A DNA stretch of 63,309 nt, counting the filler, from Candidatus Rokuibacteriota bacterium (GTDB taxonomy: Bacteria > JAUVQV01 > DATDCY01): assembly GCA_031406795.1 (NCBI GenBank). It is 5 parts of 5 records of this genome, joined end to end, with 100 filler letters (N's around TTAATTAATTAA, not from the genome) between each part and the next. Parts side by side here need not be neighbours in the genome. Positions count along the whole stretch, not along the records: positions 1 to 23,986 come from JANOHV010000258.1; 4 more parts are not named here. The stretch is one strand, 5' to 3'. Under the pieces are notes generated by a model. It was not told where the DNA came from. It saw only the letters and a program-made list of their open reading frames with translations, and did no database searches. Made by a program: the position numbers and the translations under genes. Shown here one piece after another: positions 1-13,267 of the stretch (its first letter is position 1; every line of letters begins with the position of its first letter).

Positions 1-160
1 GATCGCGATCTGCGGTGAAGAGCGCTTCCGCGGTGCGCGTCGCCAGTTCGGCGGCGCGGTCGAGCAGGCGCTGGTTGCCGAGGGCCAGGCCGCCGACGGC
101 GCGGCGCACGGCGTCGGGCGGCAGGTCGAGCTCGCGGGTCAGGGCCTCGATGTCGTCGAC
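1..160 (-). CDS. 5'-less fragment of a diverged homolog of the adjacent diguanylate cyclase (runs off window start)
   Basis: Reverse complement reads DIEALTRELDLPPDAVRRAVGGLALGNQRLLDRAAELATRTAEALFTADRD, colinear with LDASADAVRRAVGDLALCNPRQLARAAELASLTAEALFTADRH on the + strand. Confidence 0.7.
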
Positions 161-193
161 ATCGGCGGCCCGCTCGACGCTTCTGCCGATGCC

Positions 194-1834
194 GTGCGCC
201 GCGCGGTCGGCGACCTCGCCCTGTGCAACCCGCGCCAGCTCGCGCGCGCCGCCGAGCTGGCCTCGCTGACCGCGGAGGCGCTGTTCACCGCCGATCGGCA
301 CCTGGCCGCGGAGCGCACGCGCGCCGCGCTGCTCACCTCGCTGCTCTCGATCGGCGCGGACTTCGCGCGGGAGCGCGCGCCGCACGAAGTGCACGCGATG
401 ATCCTGGACGCCGCCTCGATCCTGTTCGACCTGCGCCGGGCCTGCCTGCTCGTGCACGATGAGCGCACGGGCCGCTTTCGCCTGCGCACGGCCTTCGGCG
501 CGCCGGCCGGACTGCTCCCGGCCGCGGGGCTGCCCGCCGACAGCCCGCTGCTCGCGCACGCCCTGCGCGAGCGCGCGCCGGCCGTCAGCGAGGACCGCGC
601 ACGGCTCTCGAGCCAGGGTTTCCCCCCGGGGACCGGTTCGCTCGCCGTCTTCCCGCTCTTCGCCGGCGAGAACGCCCTCGGGGTGCTCTGCGTGGTCGAC
701 ACCCCCCTGAGCGAGACCGAAACCGCGCTGCTCACGGCGTTCTGCCACATGGCCGCCCTCGCGCTGAGCAACGCGCTGCTGCGCGAGAACCTCGCGCGCA
801 GCACCCGCGAAATCGAGTGCTCCAACCGCATCCGTGAGCGGCTCACGCCGCTGTTGTCCTGGGAGCAGGTCATCGAAGCCGTCTTCGAGGAGGCGGTCCT
901 GCTCGCAGGCGCGCGCGAGGGCTCGTTGATGCTCTTCGACCGCGCCTACCGCACGCTGCGCGTCAAGCAGGCGCACGGCACCCACACCGCGGTCCTTCAG
1001 GCGGTCTCGGTCGCGGCGGGCGACGGGATCGCGGGCCGCGTCGCCGCCGACGGCCGGCCGCTGCTGATCGAGGACTTCGCGAACAACGCGCAGTTGCAGC
1101 GGCCGCAGCGCCCGCGCTACCGCACCGCTTCGTGCATCGTCGTCCCGCTGCTGGTGCGCGGCCGGGTGATCGGGGTGATCAATCTCGCCGACAAAGACAC
1201 CGACGCGGCTTTCGGCGCCGAGGACCTCAACGCCGTCCTGATGGTCACCGCCCACGCTTCCTGGGCGCTCCAGAGTTCGGCGCTTCACGGGCGGATGTGC
1301 ACGCTGCGCGAGCAGGCCGTCACCGACTCGCTGACCGGCCTGTTCAACCGCCGCTACCTCGAGACGCGCCTGCGCGAGGAGACCGGGCGGGCCAAGCGCC
1401 ATGGCGCGGCCTTCTCGCTGCTGATGATCGACATCGACAACTTCAAGCCCTACAACGACCGCGAGGGACATCCCGCCGGGGATACGCTGCTGGCCGCGGT
1501 CGCCCGGGTCATCCGGACGGCGGCGCGCGATACCGATCTCGTCTCCCGCTACGGGGGAGACGAGTTCGCCGTCGTCTCGCCCGAAACCCGCGTCGAAGAT
1601 GCCCTGCTTCTCGCCGAGCGCATTCGGGCAGCCATCGCCGCGCACCCGTTCGCGCTGCCCGGCCTGCCCGGGGCGGGCGGCCTCACGCTCAGCATCGGCG
1701 TGGCCGGGTTCCCGATCGACGGTGAGGACCCCGACGCGCTGGTGCGCGCGGCGGACAGCGCCCTCTACCGGGCCAAGGCCGCGGGGAAGAACCGGGTCGA
1801 CCTCACCGGAGTGCCCGCCCGGACGAGTGGTTGA
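194..1834 (+). CDS. GAF-GAF-GGDEF diguanylate cyclase (true 5' end missing; possible PocR-like N-terminal remnant)
   Basis: TDSLTGLFNRR, intact GGDEF, RxxD I-site (RDTD), two GAF-like segments. Confidence 0.9.
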   Translation: MRRAVGDLALCNPRQLARAAELASLTAEALFTADRHLAAERTRAALLTSLLSIGADFARERAPHEVHAMILDAASILFDLRRACLLVHDERTGRFRLRTAFGAPAGLLPAAGLPADSPLLAHALRERAPAVSEDRARLSSQGFPPGTGSLAVFPLFAGENALGVLCVVDTPLSETETALLTAFCHMAALALSNALLRENLARSTREIECSNRIRERLTPLLSWEQVIEAVFEEAVLLAGAREGSLMLFDRAYRTLRVKQAHGTHTAVLQAVSVAAGDGIAGRVAADGRPLLIEDFANNAQLQRPQRPRYRTASCIVVPLLVRGRVIGVINLADKDTDAAFGAEDLNAVLMVTAHASWALQSSALHGRMCTLREQAVTDSLTGLFNRRYLETRLREETGRAKRHGAAFSLLMIDIDNFKPYNDREGHPAGDTLLAAVARVIRTAARDTDLVSRYGGDEFAVVSPETRVEDALLLAERIRAAIAAHPFALPGLPGAGGLTLSIGVAGFPIDGEDPDALVRAADSALYRAKAAGKNRVDLTGVPARTSG

Positions 1835-1952
1835 CGACCCTTCGCGCCCGCGCGGCGCAGGGCGCTTCGAGAAGCTTGACGCCCGGACCGGGAGGGCTAA
1901 GATGAACGCCACGGCCGTCGGAAATGGCCTCCACTCTCGAAAGGAGCGCACC

Positions 1953-2342
1953 ATGAGACACTCCCGATTGTTCGCGACGCTGGCGTTGGCGACCGGCCTG
2001 ATGGCCGGCGCGCCCGGATCTGTGGGTGCCGCGCAGCCCGAGCAACTCCCGCAGAAGACATTCGCCGTCCGCGTGGAGGGCGGCGTCGTGGATGTGTCGT
2101 TCGCGTTGGCGCTGAGCGAGGTTTCGAATTACCCGGTCACGATCACCGCCATCGGCGGCCCCCTCGAGGAGGTGCTCTGGGAGGGAGTGCTGTCGGAGGG
2201 AATCTACCGGCTGCGCGCCCCGCTCGCAAAAATCACCTCGGGGACGCTCAAGGTGGTGCTGAAGACCAAGGTCGTCAACCGTGACTCCGCGGGATCGCAG
2301 AGCTCTCTCCGGTACCTGGTCTGGGAAGGCCCGTATAATTGA
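1953..2342 (+). CDS. small exported hypothetical protein
   Basis: AAGGAG RBS, ATG at 1953, signal-peptide-like N-terminus, beta-rich mature part. Confidence 0.7.
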   Translation: MRHSRLFATLALATGLMAGAPGSVGAAQPEQLPQKTFAVRVEGGVVDVSFALALSEVSNYPVTITAIGGPLEEVLWEGVLSEGIYRLRAPLAKITSGTLKVVLKTKVVNRDSAGSQSSLRYLVWEGPYN

Positions 2343-2358
2343 TGCCGCTGAAGTCAGT

Positions 2359-2811
2359 TCACGGTATTCTGCATTTCGGCGGCAGCCTGACGATGCAGAG
2401 CCAGAAATCCTCGATCGAACGGACCACCTTGATGAACTGGTTCAGATCGATCGGTTTGGTGATGTAGCAGTTCGCGTGCAGGTTGTAGGAGCGCAGGATA
2501 TCCTCGTCCGAACTCGATGTCGTGAGGATGACGACCGGAATCAGCTTGAGATCGTCGTCGGACTTGATCTCGGCCAGGACTTCACGACCGTCTTTCTTCG
2601 GCAGGTTCAAGTCCAGAAGGATCAGATCCGGCCGCGGGGCGTCCGCATAGTTCCCCGTGCGCTGCAGAAACTCCATCGCCGCCTCGCCGTCGCCGACGAC
2701 ATACAGCATGTTGTGCAGTTTGCTGTCTGCCAGCGCCTCCCTCGCAAGGTCGGCATCCCCGGGGTTGTCCTCGACCAGGAGGATCTCGATCCGCTTGAAT
2801 GCATCCGCCAT
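2359..2811 (-). CDS. single-domain response regulator, Rcp1-like
   Basis: [31 protein letters not shown] motifs. Confidence 0.9.
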   Translation of the reverse strand: MADAFKRIEILLVEDNPGDADLAREALADSKLHNMLYVVGDGEAAMEFLQRTGNYADAPRPDLILLDLNLPKKDGREVLAEIKSDDDLKLIPVVILTTSSSDEDILRSYNLHANCYITKPIDLNQFIKVVRSIEDFWLCIVRLPPKCRIP

Positions 2812-2828
2812 AATTCCCTCCCTTGCTT

Positions 2829-4325
2829 TCATTGTGGCATGGAGAAAAAGAACGTCGAGCCCTTGCCCGGCTCGGATTCGACCCAGATCCTTCCGCCGTG
2901 CCGCTCGACGACCTGCTTGCACAACGCCAGGCCGATGCCGGTGCCGGGGTACTCCTCCCGGGTGTGCAGACGCTGGAAGATCACGAAGATGCGGTCGGCG
3001 TGCTCCGGCTTGATGCCGATCCCGTTGTCGCGAATGGAAAAAATCCACTCACCGGCCCGATCGGCGACCGCGACGTGCACCCGCGGCTCCTCCGGCCCGC
3101 GGAACTTGATGGCATTGCCGATGAGATTCTGAAACACGAGCGTAAGCTGTGCGGCGTCGGCGCGCACGGTCGGCAGTTTCCCGGCGGTGATCGACGCCCG
3201 ACTCTCCTCGATGGCCGCCGCCAGGTTCTTCAAGGCCGCTTCGAGGACCGCATTCGCGTCGATCGTCTGCAGCGGCATCGCGCGCGACGCAATCCGCGAA
3301 TAGGTCAGCAGATCGTCGATCAGCCGCTTCATGCGCACCGCCCCGTCGACCGCGTAGTTGATGTATTTCCTGCCCTTCTCGTCGAGTTGACCCTCGTAGC
3401 GCTGCGCGAGCAGCTGCGTGAAGCTCGCGACCATCCGCAACGGCTCCTGCAGGTCGTGAGAGGCCACGTAGGCGAACTGCTCCAGGTCCTTGTTCGAAGA
3501 CTCCAGGTCTTCGTTGGCCTTGTGGAGCGCGGCCTCGACCTCCCGGCGCTTGATGACTTCCTTCGTCAGCTCGTCGCGTGAGACAGTGATGGACCGCAGC
3601 CGCTCCGTCATCGCGTCGAAGGCCCTGCCGACGTCGCCGATCTCGTCGTTCGAAACCAGGCCGATCCGATGGGCGAGATCCCCCGTCGAGATCACCTCGA
3701 TCCCCTGCTCGAGCCGTCTCAGCGGCGCGACGATGCTTCGCGCCACCAGCGCCAGAGTGGCAAGCGCAAATCCGGTCAGCGCCAGAAAGGAGGTGAGAAT
3801 CAGCGCCTGGCTCCGGGAATACCGCGCGGCGCGTTCCCGGTTGGTAATGGCTTGAAGTTTGAATATCTGCACTGCAAGTTGCTGCGCATCGAGAATGAGT
3901 TGCGAACGGAGCAGCCCTTCGATCACCGCGCCCTGCGCGGCGTCGAGGCTGCCGCGCGAGGTCATCTCGTGAGTCTCGAGAAGCCGCGCGAAAAGCACCT
4001 TCGTCTTCTCCAGCGACGGGCGGATGCGCCGCAACAGGTCCTGCTGATCCGGCGCACCCAGGACCGTGTTCGCCCGCTCCAGAGCCGCCGTCATGTGTTC
4101 GGTATGCTGCATCCATTGTTCCCGGGGCCGCTCCTCGTGGTAGAGGAAATACTCCTCCCGCAACGCCGCCCGCTCGAATTGCGTCTCGATCAGCTCCTGG
4201 ATCAGCGCGAGTTCCGCCGCACTCCGCGACAACTGCGCGTTGGTCCAGGCCAGGGTGGAGAGGGCGAACAGGCCGACGATCGCCGCGGCTCCGGTAATGG
4301 CGGCAAGCTTGGTGCGTATCCTCAT
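2829..4325 (-). CDS. membrane HAMP histidine kinase (Cph1-like kinase core)
   Basis: 2 TM segments, [15 protein letters not shown]-box, [20 protein letters not shown]. Confidence 0.92.
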   Translation of the reverse strand: MRIRTKLAAITGAAAIVGLFALSTLAWTNAQLSRSAAELALIQELIETQFERAALREEYFLYHEERPREQWMQHTEHMTAALERANTVLGAPDQQDLLRRIRPSLEKTKVLFARLLETHEMTSRGSLDAAQGAVIEGLLRSQLILDAQQLAVQIFKLQAITNRERAARYSRSQALILTSFLALTGFALATLALVARSIVAPLRRLEQGIEVISTGDLAHRIGLVSNDEIGDVGRAFDAMTERLRSITVSRDELTKEVIKRREVEAALHKANEDLESSNKDLEQFAYVASHDLQEPLRMVASFTQLLAQRYEGQLDEKGRKYINYAVDGAVRMKRLIDDLLTYSRIASRAMPLQTIDANAVLEAALKNLAAAIEESRASITAGKLPTVRADAAQLTLVFQNLIGNAIKFRGPEEPRVHVAVADRAGEWIFSIRDNGIGIKPEHADRIFVIFQRLHTREEYPGTGIGLALCKQVVERHGGRIWVESEPGKGSTFFFSMPQ

Positions 4326-4332
4326 CGCGGGC

Positions 4333-5397
4333 TCAGCGGTAGACGGTCACGGCGTCCGGCGTCACCGAATACAGGAATCCCGGAAGCAGGTTCTTCAGAA
4401 AATTGGGTGTCGGACGCTTTATGGCAAGTCCCTTGTCCATTCTCCAGCGTGCCTGGCTCTCCATCCCCACCAGCAAGCCCTGTCCGAGCGAGAGCGTGAT
4501 GTCGAGCTCAGGCAGGGCTTCCACGAGATGGGGCTCGTCGGAGCCAAGCTTTCGCGCCAGCGCCAGCCGCGCCCGTGCGGGGTCGGTGCGGAGCAGGGTC
4601 TCGGCATCGGCCAGCGCCCGGAGCAGCCTCTGGGCGGCCCGCGGGCGTTTTTCGGCGAAATCCTTCGTGCAGATCAGCAGGAAATCGTAGTGCTGACCGC
4701 TCTGGACCGGCCAGGAGCGCGCATTGGCGCCCAGCTGCTGTTTGATCTTCCAGATGACGCTTTTCCAGGCGACGGCTCCATCGACGCTCCCCGCCACGAC
4801 CGCGTCGACGATCGCCATGGGAGTGAGGTCGACGATCGCGACGGATTGCGGATCGAGGTGCTGATAGTGCAGGTACCGATCCAGGAAATAGGCGGCAGGG
4901 GTCTGGCCGGTGAGCGCAATTCTCCGGTTCTTCAAGTCGGCGGGCGCCGCGATGCCCCGATCCTGGCGAACCACGATCTCGATCGCCTCCGAGTGGGCGA
5001 TCTCCGCCAGGATCCTCAAGTCACCCTTGCTGTCGGGTGCGAGCGACTTGCTGACGAAGACGGCATCGGAACCGGTCGCGACATCCTCGGCGCCCGCCAT
5101 CAGCGCGCCGACGGACGCCAGGTCGGACTCGAAACCGGTGAGTTGTGCCTGAAGGCCGTGCCTCGAAAAAAGGCCCTCGCTCTCGGCCAGCCACACCAAT
5201 GCGGCCTCTTCACCCTTGAAGGCGCCGATCCTGATGGTCTCAACCGGCTCGGCAGGTTCCTGCGCCGGAGTGCAGCCGGTCGACAGAGCCATAACAGCGA
5301 TGAACAGGGGAACGAGGAGCAACCCGCCCAGCGCACGCAACATCCGCGCGCGAGCGTGCGGCGCACCGGCAAGCGTCTCTCCCGCGCAATCAGCCAT
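4333..5397 (-). CDS. NMT1/SsuA-type periplasmic substrate-binding protein
   Basis: [27 protein letters not shown] pattern; possible lipoprotein signal (STGC); start uncertain. Confidence 0.8.
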   Translation of the reverse strand: MADCAGETLAGAPHARARMLRALGGLLLVPLFIAVMALSTGCTPAQEPAEPVETIRIGAFKGEEAALVWLAESEGLFSRHGLQAQLTGFESDLASVGALMAGAEDVATGSDAVFVSKSLAPDSKGDLRILAEIAHSEAIEIVVRQDRGIAAPADLKNRRIALTGQTPAAYFLDRYLHYQHLDPQSVAIVDLTPMAIVDAVVAGSVDGAVAWKSVIWKIKQQLGANARSWPVQSGQHYDFLLICTKDFAEKRPRAAQRLLRALADAETLLRTDPARARLALARKLGSDEPHLVEALPELDITLSLGQGLLVGMESQARWRMDKGLAIKRPTPNFLKNLLPGFLYSVTPDAVTVYR

Positions 5398-5503
5398 GCT
5401 CCCATTCCCCTCAGCAGAATTGCGATCTTGCCCGCAGGGTAATTGCCTGTCAATGCCGGATTGGGAATGGGGAAGGAGACGATCGAGGTTCAGAAACCTG
5501 CAC

Positions 5504-5588
5504 TGGTGCCGAAGGGGGGACTTGAACCCCCACGGGTTTCCCCACCACCCCCTCAAGATGGCGTGTCTGCCAATTCCACCACTTCGGC
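5504..5588 (-). tRNA. tRNA-Leu(GAG)
   Basis: Reverse complement GCCGAAGTGGTGGAATTGGCAGACACGCCATCTTGAGGGGGTGG...GGTTCAAGTCCCCCCTTCGGCACCA; anticodon GAG, long variable arm, encoded CCA. Confidence 0.97.
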
Positions 5589-5788
5589 ACTCGCGGCGTA
5601 GTCTAGTCAGCCACTCCGCCAAAGTCAACCGGAACCCCCCGCCGCAAATCCGCGCATTACGCGCGGATCCAGGTCCGCCGATCTTCATTGACAGTTTCCG
5701 ACAGAAAAAATACACTAATGGCGAGAACTTGTGAGCGAGCGCGGCGGGCAAATCCCACTGCGCTTCAACCATAGTATTTTTCAGGGCC

Positions 5789-6783
5789 TTGATGACAGAG
5801 GGTACGACCTACCATTTTCAGGTAAACGACGAGACCGCCGGAGTGAGGCTCGACCAGCTCATCCCGCGGTTTGTTCCTGATATTTCGCGCAGCCGCGGGC
5901 AGTCCCTGATCGGATCCGGGATGGTCACCGTCAATGGCGCGATCACCTCGAATCACTTCGCCGTCCGGCTGGGCGACCTGATCGCGGTCACGTTGCCCCC
6001 CGCAATTCCGGCGACACCCCAGCCGGAAGTCATTCCACTTGAGATTCTCTACCAGGACGTGAATTTCGTGGCCGTGAACAAGCCCGCGGGCATGGTCGTC
6101 CACCCGGCGCCCGGACACCCGGGCGGGACGCTCGTCAACGCGCTGCTGGCCGCGGTCCCCAATCTCTCCGGCATCGGCGGCGTCATCCGGCCGGGGATCG
6201 TCCACCGCCTCGACAAAGGCACCTCCGGGGTGATCCTCGTGGCCAAGAACGATCGCGCGCACCGTGCGCTCGCCAGGCAGTTCGCGGGGCGCGAGGTCGA
6301 AAAGACCTACCTCGCCGTCGCCTGGGGAGTCCTTCAGGAGAACGAGGGGGTCTGGGATGCCGCCATCGGCCGCGACACGAAGGATCGCCAGAAGATCTCC
6401 GTGCGCACCCGGTATCCCCGGGCCGCGCTCACCCGCTGGCAGGTGCTGCGGCGGCTCCCCGACTCGACGATCCTGGAACTGCACCCCGAGACCGGGCGCA
6501 CCCACCAGCTGCGCGTCCACCTCGCGAATGCGCTGCACCCGATCCTCGGCGACCCGATCTACGCTCCGCGCGGCGGGCGCGAAAGCGCCTACCGGCGCGC
6601 AAGCGTCAAACATGGCTTTCGCGACCGCCTGGCTTTGCACGCCTGGAAGATCCGCTTCACACCGCCCTCCCGGCGCACACCCATGGAGATTATCGCGCCG
6701 CTGCCCCCGGAGCTGGCGCAACTCCTCCCGGACCACGGTCTGGGGACAGATCTGAAATCTGCCCCCCCGAGGAAGAGGACCCG

Positions 6784-6787
<4 letters not shown>
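5789..6787 (+). CDS. rluD: RluA-family pseudouridine synthase with S4 domain
   Basis: S4-like [36 protein letters not shown]. Confidence 0.9.
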
Positions 6788-10966
<4,179 letters not shown>

Positions 10967-10967
<1 letters not shown>

Positions 10968-11132
10968 CCGCAGATGGGCCCTTTTCAGTCGCCGCAACGG
11001 TAGCGGAGAGGCGGCTCAAAAGGGTCCAGGTGCAAGGCGCCCGACGAATCGGCGAATGAGGCGGGCTGGTGCCCGCCGCAGTGAGCCGTGAGGAGGGCAA
11101 CGCCGCAGATGGGCCCTTTTCAGTCGCCGTTA
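10967..11132. repeat. MITE/REP-like repeat family A (full copy 10997-11132 plus extra right-end copy 10967-10994)
   Basis: GCCGCAGATGGGCCCTTTTCAGTCGCCG occurs twice; left end GGCGGCTCAAAAGGGTCCA is its imperfect inverted repeat; related copies at 53160, 55640, 50500. Confidence 0.85.
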
Positions 11133-12922
11133 TTGAGGACCCGTTCGCGGAAGAAGCCGCAGTCGGCGCAGTCGCCAAGATTGCGGGCCTGCGTCCCCGT
11201 CGGCGCCCCCTCGCACAGCGTCCCGGCCACCGCCCAGCACGCCTGCCCGAAATTCGGCCAGGCCGGGCACGGTTCGGCGACGTCCTCTCCGGCGCGACCG
11301 CAGCGCAAGGCCTCCCAGCAGGGGATGCCGGCGAGCGCCTCGTCGTCCTGAAACGGGAACCAGAGCGCCGCGGCGAGACCGCCGGCCGGCCGGTTCACGA
11401 CCGTGATGAAACCGCCATGGGCTTCGACGATCTTGCGCGTGATCGGCAGGCCGAGCCCGGTGCCCGCACCCATCTTCTTCGTAGTCCAGAAGGGCTCGAA
11501 CAGCCGCCCGAGGTCCGCCTCCGGAATGCCCGGGCCGGTGTCCTCGACGGTGACGACGACGAACGTCAGGCAGCGGGCCGCAGCCAGCCGGGTCGACACG
11601 CGCAGGGTCCCCCCCGAGGGCATCGCGTCGATCGCGTTCGCCAGCAGATTGTCCACCGCGCGGCGCGCATGACCGGCGTCGACGAACACCGGCTCCTCCG
11701 CCGTCAGCTCCGCCTCGACCCGGATCCCGCGCTCGGCGCAGCGCTCTTCGAACGCCTCAAGCGATTCGCGCAGAATCGGCGCGAGCGACTGCCGGACCAA
11801 CTCGTAGCGGGTAGGGCGCGAGAAGTCGAGGACGTCCTTGAGCAGGTTCTCGAGCCGCGCCGCCTCCGACACGACGATCCGGGCGTCCTTCTTCTCCCTC
11901 TCGGAGGAGACGGTGCGCAGCAGCCGCCGGGCGTAGCCGCCGAGCGAAGTCAGGGGATTGCGGATCTCGTGCGCGAGCTCGGCGGTCAGGCGGCCGAGCG
12001 CGGCGAGCCGCTCGGCCTGGGCCAGCAACCCCTCGGTGTGGCGCACCTCGGCGGTCTTCGCCGCAACCTGGCGCTCCAGTCCTTCCGCCAGGCGCTCCAT
12101 GCGCCTGCGCGAGGCAGCAAGTTCCATCGTCATCGCGTTGAAGTTGCCGGCGAGGCGCCCGATCTCGTCCTGCGAGGCCACCGGCACCATCCTGGTCAGA
12201 TCCCCTTCCGCCACCTTGTCCACGCCCGCGGAGAGCGCCCGCACCGGCCGCAGCACGATGCGCCAGAGCACGAGATACCCCATGCCCCCCAGGGCGGCGA
12301 AGTACAGGGCGACGAAAACCGAAAAATCGCGAACCTGCCGCTCGACGCGCCGGTCGAGGCGGGTCAGCGGAAATTCGGCGAGCAGAATCCCAAGGACCCG
12401 GGCACCGTCGTCGTGGGCGTGGCATTGCGCGCTCGCGCACTCCGGCCGGTTGTAGATCGGCTCGACGATGCTGAGCACCCGGTGCCCGTCGGGGTCGGCG
12501 GAGACCGTGTAGCGTTCGGTCTCGTGCAGCGTCTGGCGCGGCCGCAGCGGGTCGCCGTGGCAGCCGAGACAGGGCTGCTCGTCGCGGACGACGGCACGCC
12601 CGATCTCGGCAGGGATCGAGGAGTAGGCCACGACTCCGCGGCGGTCGTAGATGCGCACCGTGCGCAGCGACTCGGAATCGGTGACGGAGGAGATGGTGCG
12701 CTGCACCTGTTCGCGTCTGTTGTTCATCATCGCATCGTGCACGCTCTTGCGGAGCAGTTCGGAGAAGGACCCGGCGAACTCGACGGCGATCGCCGTCAGC
12801 TGGCGCCTCTCGCTGACCAGGGAGCGATACCAGAAGGCGCCGCTCAGCGGCAGCACCACGACCGCCGAGGCGACCATGATCTTGATCGTCAGCGAGCGCC
12901 CGAAGAACAGGCGCAGACGCAT
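11120..12922 (-). CDS. HAMP histidine kinase with periplasmic c-type heme motifs and C-terminal Cys/Trp (two-CW-like) domain
   Basis: CLGCH and CASAQCH between TM segments; AHEIRNPL; GTGLGL; tail CWEALRC..CPAW..CWAVAGTLC..CADC. Confidence 0.88.
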   Translation of the reverse strand: MRLRLFFGRSLTIKIMVASAVVVLPLSGAFWYRSLVSERRQLTAIAVEFAGSFSELLRKSVHDAMMNNRREQVQRTISSVTDSESLRTVRIYDRRGVVAYSSIPAEIGRAVVRDEQPCLGCHGDPLRPRQTLHETERYTVSADPDGHRVLSIVEPIYNRPECASAQCHAHDDGARVLGILLAEFPLTRLDRRVERQVRDFSVFVALYFAALGGMGYLVLWRIVLRPVRALSAGVDKVAEGDLTRMVPVASQDEIGRLAGNFNAMTMELAASRRRMERLAEGLERQVAAKTAEVRHTEGLLAQAERLAALGRLTAELAHEIRNPLTSLGGYARRLLRTVSSEREKKDARIVVSEAARLENLLKDVLDFSRPTRYELVRQSLAPILRESLEAFEERCAERGIRVEAELTAEEPVFVDAGHARRAVDNLLANAIDAMPSGGTLRVSTRLAAARCLTFVVVTVEDTGPGIPEADLGRLFEPFWTTKKMGAGTGLGLPITRKIVEAHGGFITVVNRPAGGLAAALWFPFQDDEALAGIPCWEALRCGRAGEDVAEPCPAWPNFGQACWAVAGTLCEGAPTGTQARNLGDCADCGFFRERVLNNGD

Positions 12923-13001
12923 CAGCGAGGGCCAGCCGCGCGGGCCGATGAGGCGAAGCATGATGCTGGAGTGTAGCAGAAGGGGACGGTCGAGCTGCCG
13001 G

Positions 13002-13247
13002 CTAAGGCCGCCCGGGCGGCGTACGTTCGGCCGGCGCGACGGGAGCCGGGTCCGGCTGCGCCGCCGCGCGGATGAGACGCACCCGCATCAGCGGGATGCT
13101 CTGGTGGCCTCGGATCTCGCCCCCCGCCCCCCCCCGGCCGACCACGACCAGAAGCACCAGGTGGACGATCAGCGAGAGCAGAAGCGCAACACGGAAGGGA
13201 CCGCTGCGCAGCGCCAGTGCGAAATCCTGCGCCGCGCGGGCGCTCAT
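13002..13247 (-). pseudogene. TonB-like N-terminal fragment / short membrane protein
   Basis: ALLLSLIVHLVLL (SxxxH TM motif) plus Pro-rich stretch, no TonB C-domain; follows TonB-dependent receptor. Confidence 0.45.
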
Positions 13248-13267
13248 TCCGGGCTTCGTCACGCGTT

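Noticed and set aside
5398-5588. Integrative element at the tRNA-Leu 3' end
   Set aside because: No integrase and no duplicated tRNA 3' end found in the window.
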